Source: an uncultured Bacilli bacterium (GTDB taxonomy: Bacteria; Bacillota_I; Bacilli_A; RF39; UBA660). From it: a stretch of 64,000 nt of DNA. Both the position numbers and the translations under genes were made by a program. Under the pieces are notes generated by a model. The model was not told the DNA's origin. It did no database searches and saw only the letters and a program-made list of their open reading frames with translations. This document shows positions 58,135 through 64,000 of this stretch, piece by piece. The stretch's first letter is position 1; each line of letters opens with the position of its first letter. The DNA lies in the NCBI GenBank assembly GCA_934149245.1, contig CAKPER010000001.1, positions 35,236 through 99,235 on the forward strand, given 5' to 3'.

Positions 58135-58698
58135 CTACTTGCTAGCATCTTTTTTTGTTGTAGATGTAGTCTTCTTTGTAGCTGTTTTAGTTGTTTTCTT
58201 AGTTGTTGTCTCTTTTTTAGTAGCTTTCTTTTCAGTAGATTCGTCTTTCTTTTTTGTTGTTTTAGCTTTTTCAGTTGCTGTAGTTTTCTTAGCTGGCGCT
58301 TTTTCTGCTTTTGCTACTACTGGTGCTGGTGTATATTTTTTTCCTTCAAGAGAATCTTTAGCTATTTTAGTTAAATTTGCAAAAGACTCTTTATCTGTTA
58401 TTGCCATTTCACTTAACATTTTTCTGTTAATTGCAATACCTGCTATTGCTAAACCGTTAATAAATTTTGAATAGCTAATATCATTTTCACGGCATCCAGC
58501 ATTGATTCTTGTAATCCATAATTTTCTAAAGTTTCTTTTATTTTGTTTTCTGTCTCTATATGCATATTGTCCTGAATGCATAACTTGCTCATGAGCAGTT
58601 TTATATAATCTATGTTTACTTCCAAAGTAACCTTTAGCTTCCTTTAATACTTTTTTTCTTCTTGCACGTGCAACAGTGCCACCTTTAACTCTTGTCAT
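58135..58698 (-). CDS. rplT: 50S ribosomal protein L20 with an unusual ~70-aa Lys/Thr/Ala-rich C-terminal extension
   Basis: 187 aa. Residues 1-118 are canonical L20 ([40 protein letters not shown]...). Then [61 protein letters not shown]. Confidence 0.85.
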   Translation of the reverse strand: MTRVKGGTVARARRKKVLKEAKGYFGSKHRLYKTAHEQVMHSGQYAYRDRKQNKRNFRKLWITRINAGCRENDISYSKFINGLAIAGIAINRKMLSEMAITDKESFANLTKIAKDSLEGKKYTPAPVVAKAEKAPAKKTTATEKAKTTKKKDESTEKKATKKETTTKKTTKTATKKTTSTTKKDASK

Positions 58699-58710
58699 AA
58701 TATCCTCCTC

Positions 58711-58929
58711 TTAAATTAAATCTTTAATTCTTTTGTAGTCTGAATTATTTAGACTGTTTCCTTTTCTCTTTTGTCTGCTTCTCTTGGCACTATTTTTACC
58801 AGTGTTATGATTAGTACCTTGACTAGTGATTTTAATTGATCCACTTTGTCTTTTTTTGAATACTTTAGCAGATCCTTTATGTGTTTTCATTTTATTTTTT
58901 TTCATTTTTACTTTCTTTGCCATAACCAT
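58711..58929 (-). CDS. rpmI: 50S ribosomal protein L35
   Basis: 72-aa basic protein, (MVM)AKKVKMKKNKMKTHKGSAKVFKKR.., between infC and rplT. Confidence 0.85.
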   Translation of the reverse strand: MVMAKKVKMKKNKMKTHKGSAKVFKKRQSGSIKITSQGTNHNTGKNSAKRSRQKRKGNSLNNSDYKRIKDLI

Positions 58930-58942
58930 TTCTCCTTACACT

Positions 58943-59465
58943 TTATTTTTTCGGTGTTAACTGCATCGACATAACTCTACCTTCTAATTTAGGCTTTGTT
59001 TCTGCTTCTGAAACATCACTTAAAGTTTCTTCAAATCTTGCAAGTACTTCGCGAGCCAATTCTGGATGTGCTATTTGACGACCTTTAAATCTTATACTAG
59101 CTTTTACTTTATCACCTTTAATTAAAGCTTTTCTAGCGTTGTTTACTCTTGTATCAAAGTCATGTTTATCAATTGTTACAGATAATCTAAATTCTTTGAT
59201 ATTCACAGTTGCTTCCCTTTGCTTTTTCATAGCTTCCTTAGCTTTTTTCTTTTTTTCATACTTAAATCTATTATAATCCATAATTTTGCATACTGCTGGA
59301 TTAGAATTTTCATTCATAAGTACTAAGTCAAAGCCAGCTGCCCCTGCTAATGTAAGAGCATCTCTTTTACTTTTTAGTCCTAATTGTTCGCCATTTGGTC
59401 CTATAACCATCATTTCTTTACATCTTATTTGCTCGTTAATTAAGTTATCTTTATTGTTTGCTATC
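58943..59465 (-). CDS. infC: Translation initiation factor IF-3, probable non-AUG (AUA) start
   Basis: Homology to IF-3 begins at IANNKDNLINEQIRCKEMMVIGPNGEQLGL (cf. [22 protein letters not shown]). RBS GGAGGTG at 59473-59479, then a 6-nt spacer and ATA at 59465-59463. The upstream ATG at 59524 would prepend a nonsensical hydrophobic leader spanning the hairpin. Confidence 0.75.
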
Positions 59466-59476
59466 TCAAACACCTC

Positions 59477-59513
59477 CATAAACAAAAATGAATACAGAAA
59501 GAAACTGTATTCA
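59477..59513 (-). promoter_or_regulatory. Leader hairpin + U-run upstream of infC (L20-leader-type attenuator)
   Basis: Minus strand GAATACAG-TTTCTTT-CTGTATTC followed by ATTTTTGTTT, immediately 5' of the infC RBS. In Bacillus the infC-rpmI-rplT operon is autoregulated by L20 through a leader terminator. Confidence 0.45.
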
Positions 59514-59703
59514 TCTAAAAGCAATTAAATATATTTATATATTATTGGCTTTTTACCTATTGCCTTAGTATTAATAGCAATCAGGTGAGATAAATACATC
59601 TACTTTCCTCTTCGTTCTCATAGATTATATTATAAATATATTTGATTGTCAACAAATTATTATTTTTTATTTGATTTTTAAGTCTTTTTTTACTTAGAGT
59701 TAA

Positions 59704-60138
59704 TCAGTTGTTATATTTTTGCCTCATTTCTCGCTCTATATCTCTTTTTTTGATATCTTCTCTTTTATCATAATTTTTCTTTCCTTTACCAAGTCCTAAT
59801 AAAACTTTAGCTCTTCCTCGTACAAAATAAATTTTTAAAGGTATTAAGGTATAACCATCTAAGATAATTTTGTTGTTTAACTTTTTTATTTCTTTTTTAT
59901 GCATTAATAACTTTCTTGTTCTTGTTTCATTATGATTAAAAATATTTCCTTGTTCGTAGCAAGATATATGAGCATTCAAAAGATATATTTCTTCATTTTT
60001 AATGATAGCATAACTATCTTTTATATTCATTTTTCCTAACCTAATAGATTTTATTTCTGTGCCTGTTAGAGAAATTCCAGCTTCATATTCTTCTTCAATT
60101 GTGTAATCGTGTCTAGCTTTTCTATTTATTATTTCCAT
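59704..60138 (-). CDS. smpB: SsrA-binding protein SmpB
   Basis: 144 aa; [26 protein letters not shown] and the basic C-terminal tail are typical of SmpB. Confidence 0.9.
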   Translation of the reverse strand: MEIINRKARHDYTIEEEYEAGISLTGTEIKSIRLGKMNIKDSYAIIKNEEIYLLNAHISCYEQGNIFNHNETRTRKLLMHKKEIKKLNNKIILDGYTLIPLKIYFVRGRAKVLLGLGKGKKNYDKREDIKKRDIEREMRQKYNN

Positions 60139-60160
60139 TTGATTTCACTTTCCTTTAATG

Positions 60161-60859
60161 TTATTTTATTAATGTTCCTATTTTTTCTCCTAACATGGCT
60201 TTTTTTAGATTTTCTAGGTTGTTTAGATTAAATACTCTTATTGGTATATTATTTTCCATGCATAAAGAAATTGCAGTTAAATCCATTACTTTTAATTTTT
60301 CTTTTATAACATTTAAATGTGATGTTTCTTCTATTTTTTCATAATCATCATATTTTCTTGGATCTTTTGTATAAACATAATCAACATTGGTAGCTTTTAA
60401 TATTATATCAGCATGTATTTCTGCTGCTCTTAGGGCGGCTGCTGTATCAGTTGAGAAGAATGGTGAGCCTGTACCACAACCAAACACTACTACTCTTTTT
60501 TTATTGAGATTTTTCATAGCTTTATCTCTTATATATGGTTCTGCTATTTCTCTCATCTCAACACTAGTCATAACTCTAGTAGCACACCCAACTTGTTTTA
60601 GAGCATCTCCTAAAGCTAGAGCATTCATAGTTGTTGCAAGCATACCTATGTGATCAGATGTACAGCTATCCATCATTGTATTACTTCGTCCACGCCAAAA
60701 GTTTCCACCACCTACGACAATTCCTACTTCTATTCCTTTATCAGATACTTCTTTAATACAATCTGCTATCTTTAAAGCTTTTTCAAAATCTATTCCTGTA
60801 TTGTTTTCTTTTGCTAGAGCTTCACCACTTAATTTTAAAAGAATTCTTTTATTTTTCAT
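60161..60859 (-). CDS. pyrH: UMP kinase PyrH
   Basis: 232 aa; ILLKLSGEAL start; VVGGGNFWRG; amino-acid-kinase fold. Confidence 0.9.
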   Translation of the reverse strand: MKNKRILLKLSGEALAKENNTGIDFEKALKIADCIKEVSDKGIEVGIVVGGGNFWRGRSNTMMDSCTSDHIGMLATTMNALALGDALKQVGCATRVMTSVEMREIAEPYIRDKAMKNLNKKRVVVFGCGTGSPFFSTDTAAALRAAEIHADIILKATNVDYVYTKDPRKYDDYEKIEETSHLNVIKEKLKVMDLTAISLCMENNIPIRVFNLNNLENLKKAMLGEKIGTLIK

Positions 60860-61142
60860 TACTATCCTTCTTTCTAATTATAAAATGCTTACAATCTACT
60901 GCACAATTTTTTTGTAAATAATTATCTATATTTTTATAGTTATTGATTTTGTTAGCTTTCTTGTTGTTAGGATTATAAAAACCTTTTAATCTTAATTTGC
61001 TATAAGCAATATCTCCTACTACATAATCATAATCATTAAAATATTCAGTAAATTTATCAATTAATTCTTTTTCGTTAAAAGCATCTCTATAATTTTTTAT
61101 CAATTCATATTCTTGATTATTTAATATAACTTTCTTTGCCAT
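60849..61142 (-). CDS. DUF1027/YutD-like small protein
   Basis: 97 aa; YRDAFNEKELIDKFTEYFNDYDYVVGDIAYSKLRLKGF resembles the conserved YutD core (..YDYIVGDW.Y.QLRLKGF). Confidence 0.5.
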   Translation of the reverse strand: MAKKVILNNQEYELIKNYRDAFNEKELIDKFTEYFNDYDYVVGDIAYSKLRLKGFYNPNNKKANKINNYKNIDNYLQKNCAVDCKHFIIRKKDSNEK

Positions 61143-61252
61143 CTTAGTTCTCCTTTTTATGTTAAAGTCAATATTAGTATAGCAAACTATATTAAAATGA
61201 GCAAGGATAATATATAAAAAATTGGCAGAAATTCTATTTAAAATTTAGTTAT

Positions 61253-62206
61253 TTATTCTGAAATTATAAAGCTTGTTTCATCTATGAATGAATAGTTTCG
61301 TTGATATTTTATTTGCCTTATTAATTTGAACATTGCCTCGTCTTTAGCTTTGGCCTCCAACATTATATCTATATTTTTTTCGTATTTTTTTATTTTATCT
61401 AAAAATGTTAAAAAGGCTTCACAATCTATATAATCGTGATGGGCTCTTATATTTTTAATGCTTTTTTGAGATGAGAAATGAATTTTAGGGGTTTCTTTAC
61501 CCCATGTTTTAAAAATTTCATCTAAATAATTATCTATATCAGTGCCTGTATTATTACAAAGAAAATGGTGATAATCTAAGACAACTCTAATATTTAAAAT
61601 GTTGGCTAAATAAAGACAATCATCTATTGTAAATGTTTTATCGTCATTTTCTATTGCTAATACTTTTCTAATATTTGGTGGAAGTAATTTATAATTGTTT
61701 ATAAATCTTGTTAATGAATTCTTTTTACCGAAAGTACTACTTCCTACATGAATTAAAATTAATTTATCTTCTATTTTTAAGTTTTCTAATAATCTATAAT
61801 GGTATTCTAAAATTTTAATTGTACTTTCTACAACTTCTGATCTAGCACTATTTAAAATACAATAGGTACTTGGATGAAAATCTAGTCGTATTTTACTTTC
61901 TTTTATTATATTAGAAATAATGTTATATTCTTTTGTATATTTTTTTGTGTAGTCAAAATTAATGCTTGGATGAGTTGCTAATGGTATTAGATTGGATGTT
62001 ATTCTATAAAAATGAATATTGTTTTTTTGATTAAATTTTAGAATTAAGGATAAATTTATTAGATTTTCTCTTATTATTTCTTCTAGTTTTTGATAATCTT
62101 TTTCCACACTAAATTTACTATATTGATAAGTTTTTGAAGAAGTTATTCCATCTAACGAGGTGCAAATACATGCGTAGCCTAACCTTATTGTTATGTTTTT
62201 ATTCAT
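61253..62206 (-). CDS. uvsE: UV damage endonuclease UvsE (UVDE)
   Basis: 317 aa; N-terminal IRLGYACI... and TIM-barrel His/Glu/Asp metal ligands (HVGSS, LAIEND, LDYHH) in the UvdE pattern. Confidence 0.8.
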   Translation of the reverse strand: MNKNITIRLGYACICTSLDGITSSKTYQYSKFSVEKDYQKLEEIIRENLINLSLILKFNQKNNIHFYRITSNLIPLATHPSINFDYTKKYTKEYNIISNIIKESKIRLDFHPSTYCILNSARSEVVESTIKILEYHYRLLENLKIEDKLILIHVGSSTFGKKNSLTRFINNYKLLPPNIRKVLAIENDDKTFTIDDCLYLANILNIRVVLDYHHFLCNNTGTDIDNYLDEIFKTWGKETPKIHFSSQKSIKNIRAHHDYIDCEAFLTFLDKIKKYEKNIDIMLEAKAKDEAMFKLIRQIKYQRNYSFIDETSFIISE

Positions 62207-62556
62207 TAGTGTTTAGGTTTAAATATTAAACAAAGTATAAAGGCTAAGGTTATTGCTAATGAAATTCCTGCTGACGTTAAATTGAAAATACCAAGACCTA
62301 GTCCTATAGGTCCTAATTCATTAGCTACATCCATTGCACCATGAATTAGTAAATGGCCAAAGGACGTTATTGGAACTAAAGCACCTGCTCCACAATATAG
62401 AACTATTTTATCGTATATTCCTGATACATCTAAAAGAGCACCTATTACTACGAAAAGACTAGTAACATGGCCTGGTGTTAATTTAGTTGTATTTAAAATA
62501 ATCTGAGATATCATACAAACAAATCCACAAAAAAGAAAAGCATTTACATAAATCAT
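62206..62556 (-). CDS. spoVAE: Stage V sporulation protein AE (SpoVAEb-like membrane protein)
   Basis: 116 aa, 3-4 TM helices, GAGALVPITSFGHL motif; last gene of the spoVAC-AD-AE order; overlaps the spoVAD stop. Confidence 0.8.
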   Translation of the reverse strand: MIYVNAFLFCGFVCMISQIILNTTKLTPGHVTSLFVVIGALLDVSGIYDKIVLYCGAGALVPITSFGHLLIHGAMDVANELGPIGLGLGIFNLTSAGISLAITLAFILCLIFKPKH

Positions 62557-63551
62557 TCTTTAACAACCTCCAAACTTACAGCATGGGCAATAGCAGGAAT
62601 AGATTCTTTTTGGAAAAACATTGTAGGTGAAAATATGGCTCCTGTTGGAACATACAATAGTCTTTTGATTTCACCTGACTTCATTTTTGATAGAAGATAG
62701 CTGAATGCTGTAAGTGCACTGCAAGCAGGTCCTGATCCGCCGGCTAATACAGCTTGTTTTTTGGTATTATAAATCATTGTGCCACAATCATTATAGTTCT
62801 TAGAAATATCTAAATTATAAACTTTTTTTAAGTAATTTATTAAAATCTTTTTGCCATACTCTCCAAGATCACCTGTTACTATCAGATCATAATATTCAGG
62901 CTTTTGATTTAAATTTTTTAAATGCCTATAAATTGTATCTGCAGCTGCTGGAGCCATTATTGCTCCCATATGATTTACATCTTTTATTCCTTTATCAACA
63001 ATTTTTCCTATTGTTGATGATGTTATTTTAATATTAGTTTTTGCTGTTGTTAATAAAATAGCCGCTCCTCCAGTTGTTGTAAATGTTGATGTTTGAGGTT
63101 TAGGAGTTCCATATTCTGTAGGGTTTCTAAATTGTTTTTCAGCACTACTATTATGGCTTGATGTTGCTACTATACAATTTTTAGCACTTCTATTTTCTAG
63201 AAATGTTGATGCTATTATTATTCCTTCTGAACTAATTGCACAAGCATTGTATATTCCTAAAAAGGGTATCTTAAAATTTCTTATAGCATAATTAGATGCT
63301 GCTATTTGATTTTGTAAGTCACCAGCTATTATCAAATCTATGTTTTCATCTTTCTTAGAAGATTTTTCTAGTAATAATTCTATTGCATCTTTCAATAGTT
63401 TTATCTCTGCTTTTTCCCAACTTTTTTCACCAAAATATAGATCTTTTGTATATATTTTATCAAAATATTTTTTTAAAGGCCCATTTGCTTCATAGATTCC
63501 TGCTATAGTAGCACTTTCTGAAACATATACATTTTTATAAGTATTTGTCAT
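62553..63551 (-). CDS. spoVAD: Stage V sporulation protein AD (SpoVAD, thiolase-like fold)
   Basis: 332 aa; MTNTYKNVYVSESATIAGIYEANGPL N-terminus characteristic of SpoVAD; flanked by spoVAC and spoVAE. Confidence 0.85.
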   Translation of the reverse strand: MTNTYKNVYVSESATIAGIYEANGPLKKYFDKIYTKDLYFGEKSWEKAEIKLLKDAIELLLEKSSKKDENIDLIIAGDLQNQIAASNYAIRNFKIPFLGIYNACAISSEGIIIASTFLENRSAKNCIVATSSHNSSAEKQFRNPTEYGTPKPQTSTFTTTGGAAILLTTAKTNIKITSSTIGKIVDKGIKDVNHMGAIMAPAAADTIYRHLKNLNQKPEYYDLIVTGDLGEYGKKILINYLKKVYNLDISKNYNDCGTMIYNTKKQAVLAGGSGPACSALTAFSYLLSKMKSGEIKRLLYVPTGAIFSPTMFFQKESIPAIAHAVSLEVVKE

Positions 63552-63553
63552 AT

Positions 63554-64000
63554 TAACCTCCCATTATTCCTGATATTGCTAATCTTAGTAATCCAAATAT
63601 ATATACTGCTACTGTTCCGTATAATATTACTGTACCTGCTAATTTAAAAATATTAGCTCCTATTCCTAAGACTAAACCTTCTGTTTTATAGTCTAGAGCA
63701 GCACTAGTAATGGAATGAGCAAAACCTGTTATAGGAATTATTAAAGCTGATTTTAATTTACAGACTAATAAATCAAAAACTCCTAAAGAAGTTAAAATAG
63801 ATGATATTGTAATTAAGGTTAATATTACTAAAATTCCTGATTCTTTTCTTGGAATTTTTAGAAAGAACTCATATGCTTCTAATAATAATTCAGAAGATAA
63901 TCCTACTATGCCACCTGCTACAAATGTTATTATTGCATTTATTAATATTGGTGGTTTTGGAGTATATTTTTCTATAAATTTTTGATATTCTTTATCTGAC
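63554..64000 (-). CDS. spoVAC: Stage V sporulation protein AC (SpoVAC), 5' end beyond window
   Basis: Minus-strand ORF with no start in the window, terminating with TAA at 63554-63556. The multi-TM translation is consistent with SpoVAC (paralog of SpoVAE) immediately upstream of spoVAD. Confidence 0.65.

Noticed and set aside
58046-58474. 142-aa plus-strand ORF rich in V/F/L
   Set aside because: It is antisense to rplT (L20) and the reverse-frame artefact of its Lys/Ala/Thr-rich extension.
59286-59528. 80-aa plus-strand ORF and the long ORF-track N-terminus of infC (MLLDEYSFFLYSFLF...)
   Set aside because: The extension has no IF-3 homology, is hydrophobic nonsense and spans the leader hairpin and RBS. 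An AUA start downstream fits better.

Overview
AT-rich (roughly one-quarter GC by eye) segment of a low-GC Firmicutes chromosome. It looks Clostridia-like and spore-forming: spoVAC/AD/AE, ylmC and gerM sit alongside sigA-dnaG, infC-rpmI-rplT, priA, scpAB, truB-rbfA, smpB and pyrH. Every gene I can support (about 60 CDS plus one tRNA-Arg) lies on the minus strand. Accessory blocks interrupt the housekeeping backbone, and six things stand out. (1) A ~3.7 kb intervening element with dyad-symmetric att ends and a large serine recombinase at one tip splits a signal-peptide-less Amidase_3-like + 5xLysM gene exactly in frame. I read this as a candidate sporulation-type (skin-like) developmental gene rearrangement in a previously unreported target gene. 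(2) A 1216-aa thioester (TQXA) adhesin with about 9 CnaB-like repeats. (3) A split Aas-like operon (PlsC-like / AMP-dependent acyl ligase / PlsC-like) followed by an orphan AddB-like Fe-S nuclease. (4) A 1580-aa N/K-rich protein ending in a GSxxRG...DxD nucleotidyltransferase motif. (5) A 34.4-41.9 kb accessory stretch containing a PEP-utilising swivel-His kinase-like protein translationally coupled to a SPASM-tail-like mini protein, a DUF4143 ATPase, an ASST-like protein and two paralogous HGT-motif (KptA/ART-like) proteins. (6) A lone HerA-like ATPase. All calls come from reading the sequence and translations only; no searches were run.
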